A stretch of 64,000 nt of DNA from Candidatus Kapaibacterium sp. GTDB lineage: Bacteria; Bacteroidota; Ignavibacteria; Palsa-1295. The notes beneath the pieces were generated by a model. It saw nothing but the letters and a program-made list of their open reading frames with translations, was not told the origin of the DNA and did not search any database. The DNA is taken from the NCBI GenBank assembly GCA_035632315.1, contig DASQGZ010000047.1:685-64684 (forward strand). The letters are read 5' to 3'. Of the stretch, positions 46,364 to 56,122 are shown piece by piece; within the stretch, counting starts at the first letter, position 1; every line of letters begins with the position of its first letter. The translations under genes and the position numbers were made by a program.

Positions 46364-47706
46364 ACTTTGTTCAAACTAAATTTGTCTAAAGTATTTATAT
46401 GCCACTTTAGATAGCAGCTTATCACCGGCAGCAATGCCATCAACAAATAGATCTGATATCTTGGCAAGTCATAGGTCGCTATCGTGATGAGAATGTAATA
46501 ACCTGCAAAAACTAAAAATAACATCCCCTCATATTTCGTTAATGAGTGCTTGAGAATGTTTAAGATTCCCGTCACGATCAGGATGATCGTTGGAATTACC
46601 ATTAAAACATACAACGGCCGCCGGGCTGACACATCGGTGACATCAACTGTAAAGAGCAATGCCAGTTTCTTCAATGCTAATATCACTGTAGATCCCGGAG
46701 AGGCGGCAACAAATTGTTCTGCTTCCGCTTTGAATATGTCATTAACCGTTGGCTCAAAAAAACGGTCGTAAGGTACAGCGTCCATCTTACGAACGATGTC
46801 TGGAAATTGCTTCGGGTTGATCCAGATATATGTCGGTCGTTCCAAAAATGAGCCGCCTGCAACGTATGTGTTATTCCCACGCCAGATCTCATACCAGGGG
46901 TGGCTTAATACCGGCACAAAACGATCGAATAAAATATAATTTCGAATCGTCCACGGAGCGATCATTGCAACGCACACGGCAGCTGAGGAAAGAAATAATT
47001 TATTTTTTTGCCATACACGTTCTTTTGTTCTGCTTGAAAACCCAGCAACTGCAATCAGTATAAAACCCAGAATAAAGAATTCGCTGCGAAGCATCGTCAA
47101 TACTCCGCATGAAATACCGAGCAATACCCCATCAGAAATATTTCTTCGCTGAATGAGCCGGATCCCATAAAAAAATACTAGTACGGCAAATAGATGGTAA
47201 AGTACCGATCCTGAAAATGTAACAACTGCATACGCCGCCGGAAAAAAGAAAGCAGCTATGATAGCGGCAATGCGTGCGCCAAGTTCGTCCGCTATAAGCA
47301 GTGAGGTCTTATAGATAAGCGGAACAAGTAAAGCGCCAATCCCCGCATAAAATAGCATTAAAGTTAGGGCTGCTGCAGGTGATTCACCAAAGAATATGTA
47401 TGCAGAATAGATTATATACGGGTTCAGTGGAGGGATGAACGCGCCTTCATGGTCGATAGGCTTTGCCATTAAGGCTCGTCGCGTGCTATCGAGAGATTCG
47501 TAAGGCCAGTGCATTGCATAGCCGTGACCGGCCAAAAGGTTATGGGCAATTGCACCATGCTCATACATTTCAGGATGACGTGTATCTCCAAAAGCAAATG
47601 CGATCGCCACGCGAATGATAAGTGCAACTAAAAATATTCCCCAAATAAATTTTCTCTGTCGAATACCGACAAGCCATGTGGAACACCTCATTAAAAACGA
47701 TCTCAT
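46360..47706 (-). CDS. GT-C fold glycosyltransferase (GT39/ArnT/PMT_2-like)
   Basis: 448 aa and polytopic. N-terminal LVALIIRVAIAFAFGDTRHPEMYEHGAIAHNLLAGHGY is typical of ArnT/PMT_2-type polyprenyl-phosphate-sugar-dependent transferases. Confidence 0.68.
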   Translation of the reverse strand: MRSFLMRCSTWLVGIRQRKFIWGIFLVALIIRVAIAFAFGDTRHPEMYEHGAIAHNLLAGHGYAMHWPYESLDSTRRALMAKPIDHEGAFIPPLNPYIIYSAYIFFGESPAAALTLMLFYAGIGALLVPLIYKTSLLIADELGARIAAIIAAFFFPAAYAVVTFSGSVLYHLFAVLVFFYGIRLIQRRNISDGVLLGISCGVLTMLRSEFFILGFILIAVAGFSSRTKERVWQKNKLFLSSAAVCVAMIAPWTIRNYILFDRFVPVLSHPWYEIWRGNNTYVAGGSFLERPTYIWINPKQFPDIVRKMDAVPYDRFFEPTVNDIFKAEAEQFVAASPGSTVILALKKLALLFTVDVTDVSARRPLYVLMVIPTIILIVTGILNILKHSLTKYEGMLFLVFAGYYILITIATYDLPRYQIYLLMALLPVISCYLKWHINTLDKFSLNKV

Positions 47707-47714
47707 TGATTAGG

Positions 47715-48923
47715 TTAGACGCCAAGCCGTTGACGGTCGCGGCGGAAGCGGACCCGCGCTTCGGAGACACGCGCCGCACCTATAACTGCAAGACATGTCA
47801 GCACAAAACTGCCAAGCAGCGCAACGAGCACAGTAATTGATCGTTTTGGTCGGGACTTTTTGAGTGGAGGTGTTGCTTTATCAAGCGTGAGATACAAGAG
47901 TGTTTGTTTTGATTCGTCCATCTTTGCCTGTTCGTACGACGGCATTAAAAATGCTTTCAGCTTCGACTGGATCTCTTCTTCACGCATCAAACGCAAATAC
48001 TGCAGGGCAACATCCGGCATCACATCCGTTGGTACAAAATAACTTTTCGCGTCTTTATCCATTCCTGTTTTCAGATCGTCGAGTTTGCTTCGAAGTTCGC
48101 TTAATGAGGTCCGGATAGTATTTGCTTCCGGTGATTCGGAGCCATATAATTGCTCTGCATTTGCGAGCTGTACTTCGGAAAGATATCGCTGCTGCTCGAG
48201 GGTGCCGAGCACGGTTAATTGTGCCTGAGCCTGCGTCTTTAATTCATAGACGCCATACTTTCGCTGAAATATTCCGAGAGCGCTGTCAGTCTCATCGAGA
48301 TCGGAGAGAATTTTATTAAATCTCTTCTCTATGTATGTCTTATTAAATTTCGCCTCCTCCATTGCAAGATTTGAATTCACTTCGTTCATTTTATCGACAA
48401 TACGATTGGCGACTGCTGCGGCGCGATTCGGATCGGTATCTTCGAATGAAACGCCGACATTCCCTTCCTCGAGCACATCAACCGAAACGTGTTCGCTGAA
48501 CTCCTTCGCCGCATCATCCATCGTTTTCACATCATAGACCTTTATCAAGTCGAATTCTTTGATTAAACTTTCCTGAACCGTCCTGCTCGCTGCAATGGCT
48601 ATCGGGCTGTATGTTCCGTCGTTCTTTGATTTACCGGCAAGCGGTGTGAGTCCGAGATCTTTGATCGTACTGGTGATACCCGAAGTAAGATTATCAAGTA
48701 AACCACCCGGCTTACGAGCCGGAAAAACGTTCGCTTGGGCTTTGTACCACGTCTTTGCAAAAAAGAAAATATAGATCGTTGTAATTAAGGTTACGGCAAC
48801 GGTGGTCGCGATGATAAGCGTTTTATGACGAAACAGCAACGCCATCGATTCGACCCATGCTTTACGAGCAGGCTCCATTTCTTGTATCGCTTTTTCTGAT
48901 TGATCAGCCATCGTTCTCTCCAA
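47715..48923 (-). CDS. polysaccharide chain-length determinant (Wzz/GumC-like co-polymerase, no kinase domain)
   Basis: 402 aa. N-terminal Wzz motif with a TM (FRHKTLIIATTVAVTLITTIYIFF..WYKAQANVFPA), long coiled-coil periplasmic region, second TM near the C-terminus, no Walker motifs. Confidence 0.7.
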   Translation of the reverse strand: MERTMADQSEKAIQEMEPARKAWVESMALLFRHKTLIIATTVAVTLITTIYIFFFAKTWYKAQANVFPARKPGGLLDNLTSGITSTIKDLGLTPLAGKSKNDGTYSPIAIAASRTVQESLIKEFDLIKVYDVKTMDDAAKEFSEHVSVDVLEEGNVGVSFEDTDPNRAAAVANRIVDKMNEVNSNLAMEEAKFNKTYIEKRFNKILSDLDETDSALGIFQRKYGVYELKTQAQAQLTVLGTLEQQRYLSEVQLANAEQLYGSESPEANTIRTSLSELRSKLDDLKTGMDKDAKSYFVPTDVMPDVALQYLRLMREEEIQSKLKAFLMPSYEQAKMDESKQTLLYLTLDKATPPLKKSRPKRSITVLVALLGSFVLTCLAVIGAARVSEARVRFRRDRQRLGV

Positions 48924-48937
48924 AAAAATTTCTCAGA

Positions 48938-50674
48938 TTAAAATAGAGCTTTCGCACCAATTGATACCTGTCCGTACGGCTTTTCGATGGGATTCGGCGG
49001 CGTCCCGGCCGGGTAATCTACGCTTCGGTTCAACGCCGAAACTGACAAAGAGAGTCCGCGCCAAAGCTCATACCGTACTGTCCCTTGCAGTGTCAGCATA
49101 TTGACGCGTCTGCCATTTAAGATTGTATATCTGCGATTTCCATCTGCATCGTTTGTAACAGATAGTTCGAAGTCGCCGCCTGCATTATAAATCAGCTTCC
49201 CGGTGCTATCATAAATATTTTCACCGTGTTCGACAAGAAATCCCGTCGCTTCCAGTGTCAATTTTGAGGAAGGAGCCCAACGAACCATCCCCCAGAAGCT
49301 CATAGAATTTGGTCCGATCGCCGTGCCGATAATCTCACCGCCGGTCGACGAAGAATTCTGGGGATTGGCGCTTGTATAGGTGTATGGTTCGACCCGTGTA
49401 TGCTCGAACGTCAGATCGAGATCTGGAATGCCGAACGCACCTGACCACATACCGCCGATCTGCCACGCCCACTTATTGCTCCAGTAGCCTGTACCGATCT
49501 TGCTGAAGATAACATCATCGACGAGCCCTTCCCCTCGAAGTTCGATCCCATCGGCAATGCGCCAACGGGCGTGAGTTGCAAGATGAGATTTATCACGGTC
49601 GAGCAGAGAATTATTTACTGATTTCAAAAATGAGAACGGATTCAAATATGCAAGATCGAAGCGGCGAGAAAAAATAACCATATCGGTAAATCCCCATTCG
49701 AGATTTCTACCAATCGAAAATGTAAGATCGTGCAACGTAAGATATTTCGAATCAACAAAGCTTCCGATCCACCATGCCGGATTAGGTGTCGAATCCGGGT
49801 GTAGGCTGTACCTCGGGTCACCTAGGAGCGAGGCGAACACAGCATGGTAACGAACAACGCCAACATGCGCGCCAAGACTCAGGAAATCCGGGGTCTGTAC
49901 CGTCGGCGAAACGATAACGTTATCACCCTCGAAACTCCCGCCATATGCGATAGCTTCCCGAGCAAGTTTTGCCGTGAACCAATCATTATTATATGTCAAT
50001 TCGGCAGTCGTAAAATCATAATACTGCCGTCCCCCAAAAAGATTATATGTTTTGTTGCGGGAAATAACGGGGTCTTCTAGAACTATCGTAGTATCTCCGA
50101 AGCTCGTGCCATTAGTTGCCTGTAAAAAAAATCCGACGTGCCCGGAGAGTGTTCCGGTAAATCTGCCCCCGATCTGGGCAAGTTCTGCGTGGCCGGATGA
50201 CGGCTTATTTTTATCACGGAAATCAAGGCTTGCAATGCCGTGAACCTGAAAATCGGAGATTGTTGAATCGTCACGCCATCGGTAGAGATATTTATCTTCA
50301 TCGGTTGGTATCCCGCTGAAGAACAGGGGTAAAGCGCTATCGGCAGGAAACATTGTCACTGCTTCATACGGCTCGCGCTCATATGTTCGCAAGAACTTTG
50401 TTCTAAGGTCACGTTCAGCAGTAGAAAGTTTTAACACGTCCGGCTGCTTCAGAAACTGCACAACATCATATTCCGTAATAGGCAGTTCGGCTTCACTAAA
50501 TCCATTGATAAGCCCCTTGACGCTTAAATGTCGAAGATATGTATATACTTCCTCTCCAATGGGGACTTGTGCGATTCCACGATGGGCGGATGATGTTAAT
50601 TGTTGCCCACGAACAAGCACCGAAGCGCTGATCAGCAACATAATACATATACCTGTGCGTCGAAGAAGTGTCAA
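48938..50674 (-). CDS. outer-membrane beta-barrel protein, probably capsule assembly Wzi family
   Basis: 578 aa. Signal peptide, N-terminal helical segment EEVYTYLRHLSVKGLINGF, aromatic-rich strand pattern, terminal ..GAKALF. Sits between the Wza-like and Wzz-like genes. Confidence 0.5.
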   Translation of the reverse strand: MTLLRRTGICIMLLISASVLVRGQQLTSSAHRGIAQVPIGEEVYTYLRHLSVKGLINGFSEAELPITEYDVVQFLKQPDVLKLSTAERDLRTKFLRTYEREPYEAVTMFPADSALPLFFSGIPTDEDKYLYRWRDDSTISDFQVHGIASLDFRDKNKPSSGHAELAQIGGRFTGTLSGHVGFFLQATNGTSFGDTTIVLEDPVISRNKTYNLFGGRQYYDFTTAELTYNNDWFTAKLAREAIAYGGSFEGDNVIVSPTVQTPDFLSLGAHVGVVRYHAVFASLLGDPRYSLHPDSTPNPAWWIGSFVDSKYLTLHDLTFSIGRNLEWGFTDMVIFSRRFDLAYLNPFSFLKSVNNSLLDRDKSHLATHARWRIADGIELRGEGLVDDVIFSKIGTGYWSNKWAWQIGGMWSGAFGIPDLDLTFEHTRVEPYTYTSANPQNSSSTGGEIIGTAIGPNSMSFWGMVRWAPSSKLTLEATGFLVEHGENIYDSTGKLIYNAGGDFELSVTNDADGNRRYTILNGRRVNMLTLQGTVRYELWRGLSLSVSALNRSVDYPAGTPPNPIEKPYGQVSIGAKALF

Positions 50675-52440
50675 GGACGTTTTAGGACTACAATTAATGT
50701 AACAACTGTGGCAATCGTACCAACAACAGCACCAACAATTCCAACGATCGTTGCAGTTTTTTGCAGATCATATCCCGAAGGATAGAGGCGTTCTTGCGGA
50801 ACATAGACTTCGTCTCCCGGTTCGATGACTGTCCCGTTCGGCTTTACCCACTGACGGGTTCTCGCTTTGATGACACGGGTACCTTCTTTCACTCCACCTT
50901 CGGCATACCCTCCGGCCATTGCAATATAATCAGTGGCGGATGCCCCAGGCTGAAATGGAATATATCCGGTATTACCGACATAACCCCAAACATAGACAGA
51001 GTTCGGCGTGACCGGAATAGAGATCACGTCGCCGTCGCGCAATACAATATCGGCGTTGGCATCGCCTTTTTCAAAGAGACGCTCCATATCGACAGCAACA
51101 TACGGATTGCGAACCTGCGTCAGAAAATGAAAATTGGCGGTATCTTCTACCGTGAGATTTGCAATTCTACCGACCAGTTTTGCTTCATCATCGGCGGTAA
51201 TATCTTTATTGTCAATATCGATCTTTTTTCGGATGACTGTCCCGCCGGCAAGGAAAGCGTTCGGTGTAAATCCGCCCGCAAGCTTGATGACATCGGAAAG
51301 TTTTGTGCCAATTCTATTGATCGGATATACACCCGGAAAGTTAACTTCGCCTTTAATAATTACGCGAGAGAGTTCTCGTTCATCAGCTGTACCCCGAACA
51401 AAAATTCGGTCGCCCGCTTCCAGTGGTACATCAGGTGCAGCGCCGAGACGGATTGCGTTACAATCTTTTATTTCGGTCACAGAGCTGGTGCCGGAAGAGT
51501 TCATTCGAACAAGCTCAACCTTGCTGAGATCAGCTCCTTCTGTCGGGCCATAACATCCGCGAATAAGCGCCCATAATGAATCGCCTTGTACAAATTCATA
51601 ATCGCCCGGTGAATTTACAGCGCCATACACCCCAACTTGTCCTTCAAGCGTTTTCTTGTACGGAACATATACTACATCACCTTCACGAAGCATTGGGGAA
51701 AACCGCGGATCATGTGTCGCATTGAACCTCAAAAGATCGACGCGCTCAGTTGTTCCGTCACCATGAGTCACAATAATCTTTCGCATGCTGGCTGTTTTGT
51801 CCTGTGCGTCGCCGATATAGGGGCGCAACCGGTCGGCTTCGCGCTTACGTTTTTCTTGCTCAAGCTCGAAGGCCTGATCGTTGAGTAACGATGCTCGAGA
51901 AACAGGTTTATTTGCAGCTTCGACGGCAAGCGCTGCTCGTGTAGCGCCGGAATAGACATAGACACCCGGCGATTCGACTTGCCCTAATACATTCACCATT
52001 ATTCTGCGAGGCTGAGAGAGCGTTAATGAGAATAGCCCGCTTTCCGAAGGAGCTGGATGCTTAAATTCTTTCTCAACTCTTATCATTACCTCGCGTTGTA
52101 TCTCTGCCAATGTCTTGCCTTTTGTTGAAAATGCTCCGTATCGAGGAACGGCAAGCACTTCATCTGCAGAGATCATTAATTGTTGTGCTTCATTGCTTGT
52201 CCAAGAACGATATTGCAAAATATCTCCGGGCCCGAGACGATATTCATTTGCATTGACCGCAGCGTCAAAAATGATGGCATCTGGGGAAATGGTCGGAGTG
52301 TTTTTATCCGGAAGTGCCGATGAAAGTGTAGGAACGGTCGGGGTACCTATCGTTGCCGGTGAAGTAAGCTGCGCCCGAGCAGCACCAGTAACGAGAATTG
52401 ACACAAATAAAAAGAGAGAATATTTTTTTATCATACTCAT
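50671..52440 (-). CDS. polysaccharide export protein (Wza-like, Poly_export + SLBB domains)
   Basis: 589 aa. Signal peptide, Poly_export motif YRLGPGDILQY, repeated SLBB-like GDVVYVP / GDRIFV / GDVISIP / GDEVYVP, and a C-terminal TM helix. Confidence 0.8.
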   Translation of the reverse strand: MSMIKKYSLFLFVSILVTGAARAQLTSPATIGTPTVPTLSSALPDKNTPTISPDAIIFDAAVNANEYRLGPGDILQYRSWTSNEAQQLMISADEVLAVPRYGAFSTKGKTLAEIQREVMIRVEKEFKHPAPSESGLFSLTLSQPRRIMVNVLGQVESPGVYVYSGATRAALAVEAANKPVSRASLLNDQAFELEQEKRKREADRLRPYIGDAQDKTASMRKIIVTHGDGTTERVDLLRFNATHDPRFSPMLREGDVVYVPYKKTLEGQVGVYGAVNSPGDYEFVQGDSLWALIRGCYGPTEGADLSKVELVRMNSSGTSSVTEIKDCNAIRLGAAPDVPLEAGDRIFVRGTADERELSRVIIKGEVNFPGVYPINRIGTKLSDVIKLAGGFTPNAFLAGGTVIRKKIDIDNKDITADDEAKLVGRIANLTVEDTANFHFLTQVRNPYVAVDMERLFEKGDANADIVLRDGDVISIPVTPNSVYVWGYVGNTGYIPFQPGASATDYIAMAGGYAEGGVKEGTRVIKARTRQWVKPNGTVIEPGDEVYVPQERLYPSGYDLQKTATIVGIVGAVVGTIATVVTLIVVLKRP

Positions 52441-53555
52441 ACGATCTGTTTTTTCAATACTCCCAAAATCCGTTCACTTGCTTTACCATCCCATAGTTCA
52501 GGAACCTGGGCGCTTTTCCACAGGCCCGTAACCGCTCTTCGGGTAAGCTCAATGATTTTCATAGAATCGAGCCCGACAAGTTCATTCGTGCCGATATTAA
52601 TCGTGACCGGCCGCTCGGTGTTTTCACGAAGTGTCACACACGGAACACCAAGCGCAGTCGTCTCTTCCTGAATACCTCCGGAGTCTGTTAAGACAATCGA
52701 AGCCGCATCCTCTAATGAAAGAAAATCGAGATACCCGACCGGTTCGATCAATTGTAATGCACGATTTTTTCTTGCACGGTCAGCAAGATCGAATTCTTCC
52801 AATCGTTTTTTTGTCCTCGGATGCACCGGAAAAATGATGTTTTTTATTACGCTTGCCATTTCCTCGAAAAGACTGACAAGCCGCGTCAGGTTTTCTTTGC
52901 TGTCCACATTGCTCGGCCGATGGAGCGTTACCAGAGCAAATTGTTTCGATGAAATTCCAAATCGTTTTGATAAACCTTCAAATTTTTTCTGCGCTGCGCT
53001 CCGATATTTCACAAGAGAATCGATCATCGTGTTGCCCACGTAAAACACTCTATCTTCAGCGATGCCCTCATTCTTCAAATTCTTCGCACCGCTCGGCTCG
53101 GTCACAAAACACAGATCTGAAAATTCGTCAGCGACGATACGATTGATCTCTTCGGGCATTGAACGATCGAACGATCGCAGTCCCGATTCAATATGTCCAA
53201 GTTGTATCCCGGCTTTTGCCGTTACAATTGCAGAGGCAAGCGTTGAGTTCACATCACCGGCAACAAGCACGAGATCGGGCTTTTCGTCGACAAGCAGCGC
53301 CTCCATGTGTACCATTACTTTTGCCGTCTGGTCGGCGTGCGATCCGCTGCCAACTCCGAGAAACACATCCGGCTTTGGCATATCGAGGTCTGCAAAGAAC
53401 ACATCAGACATATTGGCATCATAATGCTGTCCGGTATGTACCAGCATCGCATCAAAGCGGTCGCTTCCATGCTTGCGGATCTCGGCAAGCACTGGGGCTA
53501 CTTTCATAAAGTTTGGCCGCGCTCCGACGACAAGGATGATCTTTTTCTTTGTCAA
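52437..53555 (-). CDS. wecB: UDP-N-acetylglucosamine 2-epimerase (non-hydrolysing) family
   Basis: 372 aa. VVGARPNFMKVAPV, HTGQHYD, VAGDVNSTLA, HIESGLRSFDRSMPEEINR and SGGIQEE. Confidence 0.9.
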   Translation of the reverse strand: MTKKKIILVVGARPNFMKVAPVLAEIRKHGSDRFDAMLVHTGQHYDANMSDVFFADLDMPKPDVFLGVGSGSHADQTAKVMVHMEALLVDEKPDLVLVAGDVNSTLASAIVTAKAGIQLGHIESGLRSFDRSMPEEINRIVADEFSDLCFVTEPSGAKNLKNEGIAEDRVFYVGNTMIDSLVKYRSAAQKKFEGLSKRFGISSKQFALVTLHRPSNVDSKENLTRLVSLFEEMASVIKNIIFPVHPRTKKRLEEFDLADRARKNRALQLIEPVGYLDFLSLEDAASIVLTDSGGIQEETTALGVPCVTLRENTERPVTINIGTNELVGLDSMKIIELTRRAVTGLWKSAQVPELWDGKASERILGVLKKQIV

Positions 53556-53567
53556 ATCGCTGTCATC

Positions 53568-54914
53568 CTATTTTGTCATTCCCGAACCAAGCAGCACGAT
53601 CTTTTCGCGAAGCATTGGGTCCGTAATATTCTTTGTCGCATTACGTGTATCGATCACAAGAGGAGCAGCGCGAACAATCTCTTCATAATCATATTGTGTA
53701 TGATCGGTCGTGATGAGCACGATATCGTATGTTGCAAGAGTATTCTTGTCGAACGACGATGATGTATAGTCCGTATCCGTAACACGGATACGATCAACGA
53801 ACGGATCGTTATATGAGATATTTTTCAGTCCGTCCAAGAGCAAGAGCTCGATGACTTTGAGCGCCGGCGAGTGCCGCGTATCATCAACATCTTTTTTGAA
53901 CGCCACGCCGAGCACGAGTACATGTACATCTTCGATGCTCTTCGGCAGATGTGCAACTTCATGGATCACCATATCCCGCACATAGAATGGCATCGACTCG
54001 TTTGTCTCAGCGGCTAATGTGATAAAGTTCGTTTCAAAATCATAAGCACGCGCCTGCCATGACAAATAATACGGGTCGATCAGAATGCAGTGCCCGCCAA
54101 TCCCGGGTCCCGGAAAAAACGGCATAAAGCCGAACGGTTTTGTCGCCGCGGCTTCGACCACTTCCCACATATTTATACCGCCCATGCGGTCACAGAGCTT
54201 TGCAAGCTCATTAACGAGTGCGATATTGACCGAGCGAAAAATATTCTCGAGCAACTTCTCCATCTCCGCCACTTTCGGGCTTGAGACGGGGATCACATTC
54301 GAAATGATCTGTTCGTTCGCAAGCACGGCAAGCTTTGTGCAATCAACTGTCACGCCACCACAAACGATCGGAGTATTCGCGGTATGAAATTTTTTATTAC
54401 CCGGATCAATCCGTTCCGGACTGAAGGCAAGAAAAAAATCCTGTCCGGTTTTTTTTCCTGTCTTTTCGAGAATCGGCTGAACAACACCTTCGGTCGTATT
54501 CGGGTATGTCGTCGATTTTAAGATCACGAGCTGACCGCCTCGAAGATGCTTTGCGATTGATTCTGCCGCACTCTCGATAAAAGAAATATCCGGCTCTTTG
54601 TTATCGGTGAACGGAGTCGGAACACAAATGTAAATAACATCGAGATCCCCGGCTCCGTCATAATTGCTCTGAACAGAGAACATTTTTTCGCGAACAACTT
54701 TTTCGACAACAGAATCCTGAATATCCTGAATGTAGTTCTTGCCTGTTGAAAGCAGCTCTATCTTTCGAGCATCAAGATCGATCCCGGTTGTACGAAATCC
54801 ACGTAAAGCAAACTCCACCCCGAGGGGTAAGCCGACATAGCCAAGGCCAACCACCCCGATGCGGGCGCTTTTCGATCTTAGCTTCTCTTCTAAGGTTTTG
54901 GCGTGATTGTTCAC
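53568..54914 (-). CDS. nucleotide-sugar dehydrogenase (UDP-GlcNAc/UDP-ManNAc 6-dehydrogenase family)
   Basis: 448 aa. N-terminal Rossmann IGVVGLGYVGLPLGVEFALRGF..GIDLD and catalytic Cys region PGPGIGGHCILIDP. First gene of the minus-strand polysaccharide array. Confidence 0.88.
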   Translation of the reverse strand: MNNHAKTLEEKLRSKSARIGVVGLGYVGLPLGVEFALRGFRTTGIDLDARKIELLSTGKNYIQDIQDSVVEKVVREKMFSVQSNYDGAGDLDVIYICVPTPFTDNKEPDISFIESAAESIAKHLRGGQLVILKSTTYPNTTEGVVQPILEKTGKKTGQDFFLAFSPERIDPGNKKFHTANTPIVCGGVTVDCTKLAVLANEQIISNVIPVSSPKVAEMEKLLENIFRSVNIALVNELAKLCDRMGGINMWEVVEAAATKPFGFMPFFPGPGIGGHCILIDPYYLSWQARAYDFETNFITLAAETNESMPFYVRDMVIHEVAHLPKSIEDVHVLVLGVAFKKDVDDTRHSPALKVIELLLLDGLKNISYNDPFVDRIRVTDTDYTSSSFDKNTLATYDIVLITTDHTQYDYEEIVRAAPLVIDTRNATKNITDPMLREKIVLLGSGMTK

Positions 54915-55117
54915 GAAGTCGGATACAAAAGGCTATAGAACAGCAAGGGCGGTCAAAAACTCCCCCAAAGCCCAAATTGGGGCTATTTCTAACGCACTGG
55001 GACTCAAATGGTTGCTCTACAACAGGCAGGGCATTCTGAATTGACCAATTGGAATAGGGCTTTTACAGGGTGTAACAAGGCAACAAACCATCGTAAAGAC
55101 GTGTTAAATCGCGAAAT

Positions 55118-56119
55118 ATGTTATCTCAGACCTTCATCAGTTCGCTTGAAAAAGCTTTTTCAAAGGCGCGTGTCGCTGTCGTAGGCGATCTCATGCTCGA
55201 CCGTTATCTCTTTGGGGCAGTATCTCGTATATCGCCGGAAGCACCCGTCCCGATCCTTGATATTTACCGGGACGAATCGAGGCTCGGCGGTGCGGCGAAC
55301 GTAGCCCATAATATCCATACACTTTCCGCGGTGCCGATTCTTATCGGAGTCGTCGGAGACGATTCAAAAGGCGAGCGGGTCTGTAATTTATTAAAAAGCT
55401 CCGGTTTATCTGCTGACGGAATTATCTCAGATTCAAGCCGTCCGACAACGATTAAAACACGTGTTGTTGCCGGTTCGCAGCAAATGCTTCGCGTCGATCA
55501 TGAAAAGAAACATCCGGTGCCCGATTCAGTCGAGCAAAAACTATTCACAACATTCGCCGATCAAGTTGACAGCCTCGACGGCGTTATCCTCGAAGACTAT
55601 AATAAAGGTGTTCTTTCGGCAAAGCTTATTGGGCGCATAATTGACCTTGCGCTTGTTCGCAATGTTCCTATATTCGTCGATCCGAAGCATGATAATTTTT
55701 TTGAGTACAAGAGGGTCACGGTCTTTAAACCAAATCGTGTAGAGATCGAAAATGCGCTTGGAATGAAACTTTCAGAAGACGATCATGTGCGCCAAGCCGG
55801 ATTCAAACTGCTGGAAATGCTTCAGGCAAAAAATGTTCTGCTGACACTCAGTGAAAAAGGAATGCTACTGTTCGAACAAGGTGAAAAAGAACCATTCGCG
55901 ATTCCCACAAGCGCGCGACAAGTTTCGGATGTATCCGGCGCCGGCGATACGGTCATTGCAACGCTCGCTGTTGCAAAAGCATGTGGTGCAACTGTGCGCG
56001 AAGCAGCAATAATTGCCAACCGTGCAGCTGGGCTTGTCATCGAAGAATTAGGGATCGTGCCAATTTATAAAAAGCAGCTTATCGCTGCACTCTACGAGGA
56101 CATCGAACAGGTTCAGTAA
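55118..56119 (+). CDS. PfkB-family sugar kinase, RfaE domain I-like (D-glycero-beta-D-manno-heptose-7-phosphate kinase)
   Basis: 333 aa. VVGDLMLDRY..G...RISPEAPVP and C-terminal DVSGAGDTVIATLA. No adenylyltransferase domain. Confidence 0.72.
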   Translation: MLSQTFISSLEKAFSKARVAVVGDLMLDRYLFGAVSRISPEAPVPILDIYRDESRLGGAANVAHNIHTLSAVPILIGVVGDDSKGERVCNLLKSSGLSADGIISDSSRPTTIKTRVVAGSQQMLRVDHEKKHPVPDSVEQKLFTTFADQVDSLDGVILEDYNKGVLSAKLIGRIIDLALVRNVPIFVDPKHDNFFEYKRVTVFKPNRVEIENALGMKLSEDDHVRQAGFKLLEMLQAKNVLLTLSEKGMLLFEQGEKEPFAIPTSARQVSDVSGAGDTVIATLAVAKACGATVREAAIIANRAAGLVIEELGIVPIYKKQLIAALYEDIEQVQ

Positions 56120-56122
56120 TTG

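Noticed and set aside
54947-54955. GGGCGGTCA, a near match (7 of 8) to the ops/JUMPstart core GGCGGTAG, in the divergent region between the polysaccharide locus and the heptose kinase gene.
   Set aside because: The match is imperfect. It is oriented away from the minus-strand polysaccharide operon. No RfaH/UpxY-like NusG paralogue is present in the window, and a 7-mer match is expected by chance.
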